This document shows, piece after piece, positions 15,001-26,659 of a DNA stretch of 64,000 bases (position 1 is its first letter; each line of letters starts with the position of its first letter). A model generated the notes under the pieces. The model was not told the DNA's origin, searched no databases, and saw only the letters and a list, made by a program, of their open reading frames with translations. The translations under genes and the position numbers were made by a program. The DNA comes from a virus (Duplodnaviria; Caudoviricetes): IMG/VR virus record IMGVR_UViG_3300031853_000002, positions 99,308 to 163,307 of that record; one strand, given 5' to 3'.

Positions 15001-17264
15001 GAAAAGCTGCTGATAACTCTCCTAAAGGTGCTGAATCTTTAGAGATATCTCTAGTAAATCCACTCTCTATATATACTATGCAATATCAGAACATGACTGG
15101 TAAAAACGTTATTGCTATATCTGCTACTGGTCAGAAAGGTGCTTTCATGTGGATGTATTATTTAAATGATACTATCAAGAATGCTCGAGAAGGTATTGAT
15201 TATATAGTAAATGAAGTTGGAGAAGTAGTTCCTGTAGAGAACACTGACTTTGCTTATAGTAGATTTGAATTTACCACAGACAGAATAGCAGGTAGAAGTA
15301 AGACAGTTAATAATATACCTCAAACTCATAAAGTTACTTCTACTACACTTCCAGATGTTAATGTAGAAGACCTACAAGACCTTAATCTTATAAAGTACAT
15401 TGAATCAGGAAAGTTACACTCTGGTATTCCTATTGACATTATGATTAGCCAGATGATTAGTGCTGCTACAGATAACGCTAAAGAGCTTATTCTTGCTAAG
15501 ATTAATGCTGGTAGTAAATTAGCTAAGTGTTACTTATTCTTAATGACTCTTGGTTATGATATTAATGATATAGTTAAATTCATGACTAGTGATGCTGTTT
15601 CTTGGATAGACTCTCTATCTGATCCTAACATATTCTTAGGACAAGAACTTAGACCTGATGAAGCTATTACTGAAATAGAGAAGTACTTAAAGAACTACGA
15701 CACTAATAAGGATATTGACCATTATGAAGATGAATTTGGTGGAGAAGTAGATAACTCTCGTGATAGATTATCTCTGTTAAAGAGTATAATTCCTTCAGAT
15801 TTGACTGCTTCACAAAGACAAGAAGCTTTAGCAGATTTAGCTGAATTCAAGAGAGTTATGGAAGGTTCCGATGAATTTAGTACTTTCGGACGATTCTTAA
15901 GCATTAACCAAGGTCTTCCTGGTAAGGCTGAAGATTTGGAAGGAGTACTTTCTAATATCAAGAAGATTATTACTAAGAGAGAAAAGGATATGGGTATTGT
16001 AAATTCAGATGGAGTACTTACTGAAGCTCCTGATGATAGATACATAGATATTGCAGGAGGAATGTTCGATCCAGTTAGATGGTTACAAGACGAAGAATAT
16101 CAAACTCGTGTAGCTGAATACTATAACAAACTAAAAGTTACCTTAAATATATTTGCAATTGCTCCTAAACTACCTCACTTTAAGAGTATGTTTAAACTGC
16201 TTGGAGGTGAATGTACTGTTAATCAGTTCTCAGTAAAGAGTAAGATTCTCAGTGCTTGTCTTAATAAGATAGCAAGAGAATGTCCTAAACTTTACTTAGA
16301 CGATAAGTATTATTCAAGAATTTTAGGATTTGCTTCATCTATAATGATGCAGCAATTTATTGTTGATAGTGGCTTTAAATTCCCAATAAAAGGCTCTATA
16401 TTAGACAGTAATAGAACAATCGCAAATAATCGTTCTGGAATATTATCATTAGATACTGAAGAGGGTATTGCTTCATTTAAATACTACTTCGAAAATGTGG
16501 TTATTCCTGGATTAAAGGCTGGAACTTATGGAGATTGGGATGATGAAACTAAAGAAACTATTCGTAGAAATCCATTCATTCAAGCCTTAATGAGAGGTAA
16601 TGATAGAGATGTTCCTGTTTGGAAAACAAACGTTAATATTTCTTCTGATTCTTCTTATACAAGAGTTCAATTATCAAGATTTAGTAAAGGACTTAATCAA
16701 CTATCTAACTATAAGATTGGTAATTTATCTGTATCTGATTGGTTTGCAGTTTATAACTTGATTGTAAATAAGAACCAATATGGATCTGACCGTCTTACTA
16801 AGATATTTGAAGGATTTATTAAAGAATTTGATAATAAGGGCGATAATATAATTAACAGATATTTAAAATATGTAGGAGAGCATGATTACTCTGAACAAGA
16901 GATAGATAAGATGATGGACTTTACTGCTATGGACTTATTTATTGCTCAAGCAAGAGTAGTATCTAGTCTGAAAGGACAAAAAGATCCTGTAGTTATTATG
17001 TATGAGGATAAAGTTCCTGTATATTATAAGAATATAGGCTTTAACAGATATGAGAAGATGGATGATATACTTCCAGCTCTTCCGGGTGAAAGTATAGAAC
17101 AAAGACTTCATCGATTCTATTTAGATAGAGCATACTTTATATTAGGAAAGCCTTATTCTAATATAATAACTAAAGTAAAGGACCAACTTAATCAAGCTCC
17201 TACATTTGCTATAGCTGAATTAATGAGATAGACTAAGTTGTTATTAGACATTAATTGTGCATGA
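6054..17264 (+). CDS. Virion-packaged single-chain DNA-dependent RNA polymerase of crAss-like phages; join(6054..13134,14497..17264), ~3282 aa, TAG-recoded and intron-split
   Basis: One frame with 19 in-frame TAGs and no other stop except at the intron. Motifs IRKKYPG and SRIPAQ. Splicing restores WLQGSDYDIDK (DxDxD catalytic motif); ISAATDNAKE lies downstream. Ends at TGA 17262-17264. Confidence 0.9.
13162..13193 (+). promoter_or_regulatory. Putative Bacteroidota-type promoter for the intron endonuclease
   Basis: TTTG-N20-TAAATTTA (1 mismatch to TTTG-N19-21-TAnnTTTG), ending 22 nt before ATG 13216. Confidence 0.4.
13216..14274 (+). CDS. Intron-encoded homing endonuclease: N-terminal HTH repeats plus C-terminal PD-(D/E)xK (Vsr/DUF559-like) nuclease
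   Basis: Three HTH-like segments (KEISEILGIGTTTI, KDIAFKLGYSSQTTI, YEVSKKVGCSVSTV) and LRFDYYLPKYNVLIEIQGKQHY...RDNIK. Lies inside the intron; no TAG codons. Confidence 0.8.
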   Translation: MRKSPTKITPELIEKLRELVEAGKQNKEISEILGIGTTTITTYKKKYNITYKKLTAEDRKDEIIQLYTSGMSTKDIAFKLGYSSQTTIKNILNKYGIEGNKEKEIKRIQEEVSKVCNNCNSVYEVSKKVGCSVSTVRKYMSEFGLSLKLKESLTDEDINNIDIPELKYDFNTEIKNIPENDRAEFIINKIKLLIIKNRKYTGLLLVKNNGISENYLRTYNINIEEINNSLGIKRVNGSCLELYFSEFCELNNIDYEAQKTYEDCTYKDYLRFDYYLPKYNVLIEIQGKQHYIPIEKFGGKTAFEEGKLRDNIKKEWCHNHNIKLIYISYKDLYLKDYLENLFEKEIYPCCQV

Positions 17265-19831
17265 AAAACTGTACTATAACTTTTAAAATTGGAGAAACTA
17301 CTCGAAATATAGTAGTTCCTGAAGAAGAATTCTATGGGGCAGAGGGCGAACGCTCTCTGTCTACATGGGATTTTTAGGCTAGGCTTGGACAAGTACTAGC
17401 AAAAAGAAAAGATGAATGGAACAGCATAAAAAGAGATATTATCCAATCTTTAAAGGATAATAGTGCAATTTCTGAAGCTGTAACTTTTAGCAAAATAAGT
17501 AAGCAGGAAGGACTTGTACCTAATGTTAATTATAAATATATACAAGATACTTATCCTGAGATAGATTTTCCTAATATTGATGTTCCAATCTTATTACTGG
17601 ATAACTTAGATATGCAATCTAAATTTCCTGTAAGCGGAAGAGTCATAGATAAGAAAGGAAAAGAAATATTTGTAGTAAGAGGTGATAAAGATTCTCTTGT
17701 ACAACTTGCTGGATATTTAAAGATTAGAGAAAAAGTTCTTAGTGGAGAATATAAAAATACTCTAGATGAAGAACTTACCAATATACTTGGAAGAGTAGCT
17801 ACTAAATGGAATGTATCTCCAGAAGAAGCTATACTCAAATTCTTAAATGATAAGAAAAGTGTAAAATCAAGTGAAAAGGGTATATTAGAAGGAGCTTCTA
17901 TATATACTTGGATGACTTATATAACTGCTGCTATAAAGGAGACTCCTATTAAAAAGAAATATAACAATGTAATACTAAACGAAGTTAATAGAAGACTTGT
18001 TACTAATAAGTTAGGAGAACAGGTTCTTTCCACAAGTGAACTTATTACTCCTTTAATGTAGACATTTCCACAAATATTTTCAACTGAAAAAGATCTAATA
18101 GAACTATTTAATAAAAAGTCTGGAGAAGTTCTTGATGTAATAGCACAACGTCTAAATGCTAAGAAAACTAATCTGGATAAGTCTAAAGGTCCAAAAGCTG
18201 AAATTGGAAAGGCTAGAATAGATAATGCTATGGACTTCTATGCATTACTTAATGAAGTAAGAGAAGAAGAACTTGCAAAGCGTAATGGAGAAGATATTTG
18301 GGGATTTACTATGTTATTTAAGGCTATTAATTCTTTAACTGATACTAATGAAAATCCACTTGATGTATTACCAGTATCTCTAAAGAATAAGAAACTTATC
18401 TTTAAGAAAGTCTTCCCATCTTTTGAATCAGCATATGGTTATGGATATGATACAGTGATTTCTTTTACTAAGGAAGAAGAAAGAAATGGTTACTATATTT
18501 ATAGCCAAACTAAAGAAGTTGGAAATAAAACTGTTACTTATTACTATGTAACTCCTTATTTTATCAATGAAAAACTAAATGCTAATAGATTCTCTAGTAT
18601 AGCTGATGCACAAGAATGGATTGATAGCCATTATATTACATAGAATTTAAGAGCCAATTCCTTGATTGACCTTAAATAGAGATATATAGATGGAGGAGTT
18701 CAAGAAAGAACTGGTAGAACTTTCCTGAGTGATAAATTTATACAGGAAGGAACTATATTTACAGCAATTGATATGCCTTTAGATATACGTTCTACTAATA
18801 TGAAGGAAGAAGAATATAATCTTCTTAGTAAGTCATTATAGGATTTCTACAATTACATAGAAACTCTTGATTTTGATACAGCAACTAAAGCAAATATTAT
18901 CAGTAAAATAAATACTGCAGAAAAGGCAGTAATCTTCCTAAGTGAAATGAACAGACTCATGAACACTAAGGATGATTCTGGACAAATGCAGTATCTAAGA
19001 GTAAATAATGATAAAGCTCTATCTATAGTAAATGAAATAAATAATAAGAAACCTACATATTATTATGTTAGTTCTTCCTATAAAGTGGATGAAGGTAAGT
19101 ATCGTATACGTTTTATAGAAACTGACGAATCTGCGGTAGGAGAAAAGAAATATAATAAACGAACTCCTATATTACAGTTGCTGGCAAAGATAGCAGACGT
19201 AATGAATAAGAAATTTGGAGTTGAAGTTAATATAGTAAATGAGGAACAACTTACTCAAATGGGAATTGAAGATATGAATCTAGTCAAGGCTTTTATTAAA
19301 GATGGTAAGATTTATATTAATTCTGCTACAGCTAAAGCAGAAGATGCTTTCCACGAATATGCTCACTTATTCCTTGGTGCTCTAAAGGCAGTTCCAGAGT
19401 TTAGAGATAGTTACCAAGAGTTCATTGAAAAGGTACTTTCTACAGAAAGGGGACAAATCTTATATAAAAGGAATCAAAAGAGATTCCCTAAACTCAGTGC
19501 TTTTGATCTTGCAGAAGAAACTGTTGCTGATTTATATGGAGAATATATGGAAGGTAACTTACCTTATGAACTTAGTTCTTTATTTGCTATGAATGACAAA
19601 CTTAAAGAAGTAGAAAATACTATATTTGATAGAAAAGATAAAGGACAAGCAATTATTGATTTTAAGGGTTCTCTAAATGGTATTTGGAAACACTTTAATT
19701 CAGATGTTGCTGTAGCCTTAAATGATAATATAAACTTTATAAAAGATGGGGCTCTCCAAATCCAACGTCAGAAAGATAACTGGATTAAAGAGCAAATTAA
19801 TAAAGGAAATATTATAGAAGACTGTGAATGA
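17261..19831 (+). CDS. Virion cargo protein (856 aa) with C-terminal zincin-like HExxH domain; TAG-recoded
   Basis: ATGA overlap with the RNAP stop; starts MKNCTITF. In-frame TAGs at 17375, 18059, 18641, 18677, 18839. Motif AFHEYAHLF...EETVAD. Confidence 0.82.
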
Positions 19832-22800
19832 AAAATTGTACATATGATATAGTAAATGGAGAGCAAGGGCTCTCTTTAATAGCACTACTTAGATATGTAG
19901 ATAAGTAGTTTGCAGAAGTTCTAGATACTAAGGAAAAAGCTTCTATAAGTGATATAGTATATTCTAAGGATCCACTTAAAGACTCTATTATTACTAAAAT
20001 AGGTTAGGTAAAGCATGATTATATTATAATTGCTTCTCGTACAGTTTCTACATACGATGATGAACTTGGTGGAGATGGAAATACTCTTTCTTATCAAGAG
20101 TTTATAGAGGATCCATCTTGTCTTATAGATGGACAGCCCCTCGTAAGACCTTTTAACAGGGACGAGTTTAGAAATAGTGAAATAGAAAATCTTGTACAAA
20201 ACCATAATTATTCCAAAGAAAAAGCTACTGCTGAAGTTGATAAAGACTTAGCTAATATGGATGCCTTTAAAAAGGATTCTGTAACTCTTCACAAAATAAT
20301 TGATGGTTATGGAGCTGTTTCAACACAAGTAAAGAACTCTGACTATGTAAGTGCTGTGGCTGATGTTGTAAAAGATACTCCATTTGAAGGAAGAACAGCA
20401 ATGCTTGAAGACCTTAAAGGTCAAATGGAAAACTTTGTAAATCAGTATATATACAGAACACAAGTTAGTCCAGTTGTAGTAGGTAACGTAGGTCTTAAAG
20501 CCAAGATAGAAGCCCTAGGTAAAGAGTTAGTTGGACATATTGACTATTTATCTGTTGATGCTTCTGGAACATTACATATTTATAATTTTAAAGCTTCTCA
20601 GAAACCAATGAATACTTGGTCTAAGGATAAGTGGAAAAAATATAACTATGGTATGGCTTTCCTTAAATAGATGCTTGCTTATAATGATATTCCTATCAAT
20701 AATATAGAATTAAATATAGTTCCAGTTAGAATGGATTATGAGGGAGATAACCTTAAAAAGATAGTTGTAGGTGCTCCCCAAAATATCTCAGTAAACAGAA
20801 GTGGTAGTTATATGCTTGAACAATATGATAAGCATGCTCGTCACTTTATTCGTAGTAATGTTAATATTCCTAAAGTTACTATTGAAACATTTGATAAAGC
20901 TGATGAAATCTTCCAACATATATTTCCTATTTTAAATATGAGAAGTGAAGGAACACATCGTTCAGCTGTAGAAATGATTAAAAGAGCACCTGAAGCTGGA
21001 GAAGCAGAACCACTTGTTATTAGAGAGGTTAATGATGAAAAAGGACGTTGGGAAGTAATTATTGGAGGTAAATCTTATAGACCTAAATCAAATAAGAACA
21101 AGAATAACAATCAAGAAATTCTTGATATAGTTGTAGAGCATCTTAATGAAATACAAGACGAAACTCTTCAGACGGTACATACTCTTAAGGAAGCTATTCG
21201 TAAAATGAATCAAATCGGAGAGAAGGGTGTATTTGTTCCCGAAGCAGATGTAATAGACAAATTAAAAGGTCTTTCATCTTCTAGAGGTTTCATTAAGACT
21301 ATGCTTGATACATACTTTAATGATGTTGATTGGGACGTAGATTCTAAAGGTAATAAAACTCCTATATATAAATGGAAGCTACGTGATGATCTTCTTGACT
21401 ACAATATTATTCTAATGTAGAATAATGATACAGGGCAACTTGATATTATTTCATTATCTGCATTTGACTGTAATGCTGAAATACCGTTTGGTAAAGGACG
21501 TCATAATTTACTTGGTGCTTTTAAAACTGATGTTGAAACAAATACTTTAAGAGGAGACTATGGTAATGCAGAAGTAATTAGAGCTATAGTTCTTCTTAAT
21601 TAGATACTTCCAACTATGAAGGATATTGATAATATTCAACTTGGTAAAGTAAAGGTGCTTAGCCATACAGGTAAGTCTCGTAGTTATGCTATTGGTACTA
21701 TTACAAAGGATTATCTACCTGAAATTATAAGCACCGTAAATCTAGAAGGATTTGTAAACAACTTTAGAGGTTTAAAAGCTGATAAGTTTGTTGATCCTAT
21801 CAGTGCAGTTCTTAACGAATATGGACTTCTAGCTACTGGTAGAAATGAAGCGGAAATGGCTAAGTATCTTCCAGAGAAGTTCATAGAACTACAAAGCCTT
21901 ATTGAAAGTGATGAATCTTATAAAAAGACTAAAGTTCTAAAAGAATTACTTGAATCTTTCCAATCTGAGGCTACTGGTATACTACCATCTCATGAATTCA
22001 AGGATATAGCTAGATATGCTGCAGGACAACTTGGTTCTAAAAGAGATCAACAAATCTGTAGAGTGTATAGAGCACTTTCTGATGCTTATCATCATTATAC
22101 AAGAGAAACATTTAATTATGAAATGGAACTTACTGATGTATATAGACATATGTCTACTACTAATCATATTCCAAATCAAAATATACGTATTGTAACTGAT
22201 AATCTAGCACAGACTTATAATAGTATAGCAACTGAAATTGAACAATATCATGCTAAGAATATGAGAAAGTTCATTAAGGAATATTTAGATGCTAAAGGTT
22301 ATGGACTTGCTAAAAATGCTACTATCGGTGATGAAGTAAATCTATTTAAAAATCTATTTGAGTAGGACGAACAAGGAAAGAGAACTATGAAGTTTAAGAA
22401 TCCTTGGACTGATGGTAGTCTTGATAATGCTGAGGCCGAATTCCTTAAAAAGGCTTTGTGGTAGTTCTATATAATAAGGAATGGTGGAGATGTTCTTAAC
22501 TTAGGTGGTTATAACGATCCTAAAGTTCTTGATTTTATATAGAATAGAGCAGGAGGACATAAATATTTATGGTGTCCGCTTATGAGAGCTACTAATTCTA
22601 CTAGAGTTATGCAAAATCTAGAGACTTCTACTTGGAAGGGAAGAGCTCAACGTATGTGGAAGATAATGTCCAATCCTAAATAGTACTATGATGATCAAAT
22701 AGAAAATATTACAGAACAAGAAAGAGAACTTATCAATAAAGGGTTAAATGCTGATAAGGAAAAACTTGGCCATGTAATTAATATGTTTAATATTGGAGAT

Positions 22801-24477
22801 GAACGTTTTGAACCAGGTTCTCGTAATAAATACATTGAAGAACAAGGTGTAGATTTCTTTGAAACCAATGTTGAAACTATCCTTATAGAATATCTATCTA
22901 AATAGGTGGAATGTTCTAAATTGAAAGATTTTATGATTGGTACGCGTTCTCTTCTATTCCAACTTACATTGATGGGAGAGGAATCTGGTAATTCAGATAT
23001 AATGAAACGTGAAATCCAATATATCAGAGACTTCTTAAAAGTTAATGTATTTAATACTACTATTAAGAGTGAAACTGGTGCTGTTCTTACAGGAGCACTT
23101 GCAGGTATCAGAAGTAAAGTAACTCTTATGAACCTTGGAGGTAATATGATTTCATTCTTCCGTGATATATTCCAGGGCTTTGAAGAAAACTTCATGAGGA
23201 CTGTAACTAAACTTAATACTGATATAGATGCTAAGACTCTTAGTTAGGCATATGCATATGTAATTACACACGGTATGACTAATACAATGAATATTAGTAT
23301 GCTTAGTGCTTTACAAGCCAAGTATCGTCTATCTAATATAGACCTTGCTAGTATGGAATCTCTACGTATTGGTAGAGGTGGTGTTGCTAACTACAAGAAC
23401 TGGGCATATGCAACTCTTCGTAGACCTGACTTCTTAAATAGAATGACATTATTTGTTGCTCGTTGTATGAAGGATGGATGTTGGGAAGGTTGGGAACTTA
23501 AGGATGATATTCTTATATATGATTGGAAGAAAGATAAGAGATTTAAAGCATTGGTAGACGGAACTTCTAAAGATGCTCCAGAATATAAGCACGCTAAAGC
23601 CTTGTATATGTCTAAAGCTCGTGAATGGAATTCAGAACATCCTGAAAGTCAGATTGACTTGAATCCGGAAACTGCTGAAACATTCCTACCTGCACCTTAT
23701 GCTGACAGAGAAATTCTTGCTATTAAAGAAGTAGCTGATAATATCTATGGCGCATATGATAAATCTCTAAAGTCTATGGGAGAACATACAACACTTATGT
23801 GGTTCTTCGGTATGTATACTACTTGGATGAATGGTATTTGGAACAATTACTTTATGAAGCCAGGTAAGTATATTGCTAATAGATCTAACATGGAACAACA
23901 AACTGATGAGGCTGGTAATCCTCTGTTCCTTGATGAAAATGGAGGTGTTACTACAGTAGATACTGGAATGCCCCTTTATCATAATGTTCCAACTATAGTA
24001 CAAGGAATTGCTTATACTATAAGAGATTTATACTACATTACTAAGGATGGTGGTCTACAAGCAATGAAAGACTATATAAATGCTAATCCTACAGTAAGAG
24101 CTAATCTGGCTAAATTACTTAGTGATATGCTTGTTACTTTATTAATGTTCATGGCATTCAAGTTTGCTTTAGATCCAGCTTATAAAGACTATAAGAAAGA
24201 AATGAAGAATAATCCAGTATTTGCAAATCTTGCTACTGAAATATTCTATAAGGCTGGTTCTCGTTCTTACGACTCATTTAGAGGTCCTCTTAACTTTAAA
24301 GATTGGCTTGGAGATAATACAGCTTCTCCAATGTATGAAGTTAATCTTAAAGTTGCTCAAGATGCTCTTAAAGTTATTACAGGAAGAAAGAGCTTACCAG
24401 ATGCTTTTATGGGTAATTTCGCAGTTGCTCGTGCTGGTAAAGATACTTATAATGCTTGGAAGAAAGCCCAAGATTAA
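19828..24477 (+). CDS. Large virion cargo protein (1549 aa) with degenerate PD-(D/E)xK-like domain; TAG-recoded
   Basis: ATGA overlap; starts MKNCTYDI. 11 in-frame TAGs (19906 to 23245). Motif GHIDYLSVDASGTLHIYNFKAS. Ends at TAA 24475-24477. Confidence 0.82.
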
Positions 24478-24521
24478 AAAAAAAAGAGGGGAGCCCGATT
24501 ACCGGACTCCCCATTCTTTTT
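24476..24521. terminator. Bidirectional intrinsic terminator between the convergent late (+) and early/middle (-) arms
   Basis: A-tract, then GGGGAG-C-CCG-attac-CGG-A-CTCCCC hairpin, then TTCTTTTT. Confidence 0.85.
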
Positions 24522-25092
24522 ATAAACTATTATGTACATGAAACTTTATGACTTTAAATAAGTCTTCAAGCGTTCCAACGTTATCAATTACGATATCCCA
24601 TCCTTTATAGTCGTCAAGTGCAGTTTCACTAATGTGATTTCCAGCACCTGCACCGGGACGTTCTATCCTAATCAATTTTCCACCTCTGGCCTTTACAGCC
24701 TCAGCTTCATTTGGGAAACGCACATCAGCTATTATAATATTACCATTTTGATAAGTATTAAATAGTGCTTTTACCCAAAATTCTGGATCTATCTCCTTTC
24801 TAACTGCAGTACCTAACTTCTGTAAGAATTCTCTGACAGTCATTCCAAGCCAATCAAGATACATTTGTTTAACCTCTTGGCTATTAAAGTCATCAAAAGG
24901 CATATCAAGCATTTCTTGAGATACTTCCTTTAATAAATCAGCATAATGTCTTATGAAGTGATCTTGAGAAAAAGTGAAATCAGAATTCCAATACATATCC
25001 CAAGTAATATCTGGATTGGATAGTAAACAAGCTAACATTTTAGCAGTAGTATCTTTACCTGCTTGTGCTTTACCTGCTATTCCTATTATCAT
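24520..25092 (-). CDS. Deoxynucleoside monophosphate kinase
   Basis: IIGIAGKAQAGKDT P-loop, REFLQKLGT, DVRFPNE, HISE motifs of phage dNMP kinases. Confidence 0.85.
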   Translation of the reverse strand: MIIGIAGKAQAGKDTTAKMLACLLSNPDITWDMYWNSDFTFSQDHFIRHYADLLKEVSQEMLDMPFDDFNSQEVKQMYLDWLGMTVREFLQKLGTAVRKEIDPEFWVKALFNTYQNGNIIIADVRFPNEAEAVKARGGKLIRIERPGAGAGNHISETALDDYKGWDIVIDNVGTLEDLFKVIKFHVHNSL

Positions 25093-25526
25093 ACAAATAT
25101 ACGACTTTTAACAATATTAGCTAGAGCAGCTCCATCTACATTAGAATAATTCTCTTTGAACATCTTAATAATCTTACCCATGTCTTTCTTAGTAGGCATA
25201 CCATCGAAATTCTTAGCAATGATATAATCAACATGGGTTTCAATTTCTTGTACAGACATCATTTCAGGAAGAAGTTTCTTTAGCTCATTAGCATATGCTT
25301 TATACTCATTAGCTATTTCTTCTCTTCCATTTATATGGTACATCTGTGCTTGATCTTCATAATGTGCAGATAACTTTTTAAGTACTGCTACTTCTGTATT
25401 AGTATTAACGTCTTCTCCCTTAGTCTTTCTAAGAAGGAATTCCTGTTTAACTTGTTTATAAGCTTCTAACTTAATTGGATTTTGCTCCTTACGAGCTTCA
25501 GCGATAAGATTGTCAATATTAATCAT
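25089..25526 (-). CDS. GatB/YqeY-domain protein
   Basis: Helical ~145 aa protein with LPEMMS...KKDMGKIIK...VDGAALANIVK, typical of YqeY. Confidence 0.75.
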   Translation of the reverse strand: MINIDNLIAEARKEQNPIKLEAYKQVKQEFLLRKTKGEDVNTNTEVAVLKKLSAHYEDQAQMYHINGREEIANEYKAYANELKKLLPEMMSVQEIETHVDYIIAKNFDGMPTKKDMGKIIKMFKENYSNVDGAALANIVKSRIFV

Positions 25527-26163
25527 AAATTTCAAATGTTCCTAAAATTTTCTCCTTAAGAATCTTTTTAACTTGTAAATTGCAATCCAGCCAATTTGGT
25601 TGTGAAAGCATGAAGAAATCTCCTTTGGTGAGTTGTGAATAAGAGCTAAGAGGTTCTACATAATTATAAAATAAATCTATTATAGTCTTTTCATGATTAA
25701 ATGCCCATTTATAATTATGAATTTGATCTATAGGAATCCATTTAATATCATCTACCTCATTCTCTTCTCCACCTTCAGCTTGTTTTCTGTTACCAAGTTC
25801 ATGTTCAAAGACTATAACAATGTGTCTTAAAGTAACATTACCATTATTTGAAGTCGCTGGATCTGTCTGTGTATAAACTTGTAAGAATTTTTCTGGTTTT
25901 ATTTCATATCCAGTTTCTTCAAAAACTTCTCGTGAACAGCCCTGTTGTGCATTCTCATTGGCCTCTAGGAAGCCGCACACTGCATTCCAACAACCTTGGT
26001 AGTCTGGTGTACCAGGACCACGAAGATTAGCTAGAATTGACCATATACCATCTATACGTCTAAATACAAATGCTGCTACAGCACAGTATCTTCCACTCCA
26101 TAGTACCTTTCCTGCGTGAGGTCCATCAGGAATTTTATAACTCCAGTTCTTTTCTATGTTCAT
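25519..26163 (-). CDS. Nudix hydrolase (probable ADP-ribose pyrophosphatase)
   Basis: Nudix box GFLEANENAQQGCSREVFEETG; C-terminal WAFNH motif; likely start ATG 26163. Confidence 0.85.
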   Translation of the reverse strand: MNIEKNWSYKIPDGPHAGKVLWSGRYCAVAAFVFRRIDGIWSILANLRGPGTPDYQGCWNAVCGFLEANENAQQGCSREVFEETGYEIKPEKFLQVYTQTDPATSNNGNVTLRHIVIVFEHELGNRKQAEGGEENEVDDIKWIPIDQIHNYKWAFNHEKTIIDLFYNYVEPLSSYSQLTKGDFFMLSQPNWLDCNLQVKKILKEKILGTFEIYD

Positions 26164-26659
26164 TGTAATAATAATATACTTCGTCTTTAATAATTTCTGG
26201 AATAAACATACCAAATAAAGTTGGGCATTGTCTATATAAACTAGAGGATAAAGCACCGTTAGGCCTATCAACTACTAACAAATCCCAATCTTTAAGTATT
26301 TGGCCACCATTCATCCAATCAGGAATCTGATTCACTAAATCTTCTCCAACAAGAAGATAGGTCTCATGATTACAATATTTATTCTTTAGAGCATGAAGTG
26401 TAGCATAAGAATAATAAGGAGGAATCATTGATTCTTCAATAGTATCTACTTCTACATCGTCTTCAAACTCTGAACACACTCTCTCCATCCATGAACATCT
26501 AACATCAAACGGAGCTGGTTTATCCTTCTTAGTTGGATTATGCATAGCAGGAACAACTACTACTCTATCCATACCAAAATTTCTAAAAGCTTCATTTATG
26601 ACAGTTAGATGTCCATAGTGAGGAGGATTAAATGAACCTAAATAAAAAGCTACTTTCAT
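26135..26659 (-). CDS. nadD: Nicotinate-nucleotide adenylyltransferase
   Basis: GSFNPPHYGH (HxGH), NPTK, YSYATL, LLVGED...W, LSSS motifs. Confidence 0.9.
   Translation of the reverse strand: MKVAFYLGSFNPPHYGHLTVINEAFRNFGMDRVVVVPAMHNPTKKDKPAPFDVRCSWMERVCSEFEDDVEVDTIEESMIPPYYSYATLHALKNKYCNHETYLLVGEDLVNQIPDWMNGGQILKDWDLLVVDRPNGALSSSLYRQCPTLFGMFIPEIIKDEVYYYYNEHRKELEL

Noticed and set aside
14712-17228. TAG-free stretches (also 4265-5650 and 23248-24477) as separately translated standard-code genes
   Set aside because: No independent start signals are evident, and uneven TAG spacing could be chance. A per-Gln-codon test would be needed before claiming structure.
86-24477. About 30 separate short genes or pseudogene fragments on the + strand
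   Set aside because: Fragments stay in frame and break only at TAG, with motifs continuous across the breaks. Recoding explains this; decay would give frameshifts and TAA/TGA stops.
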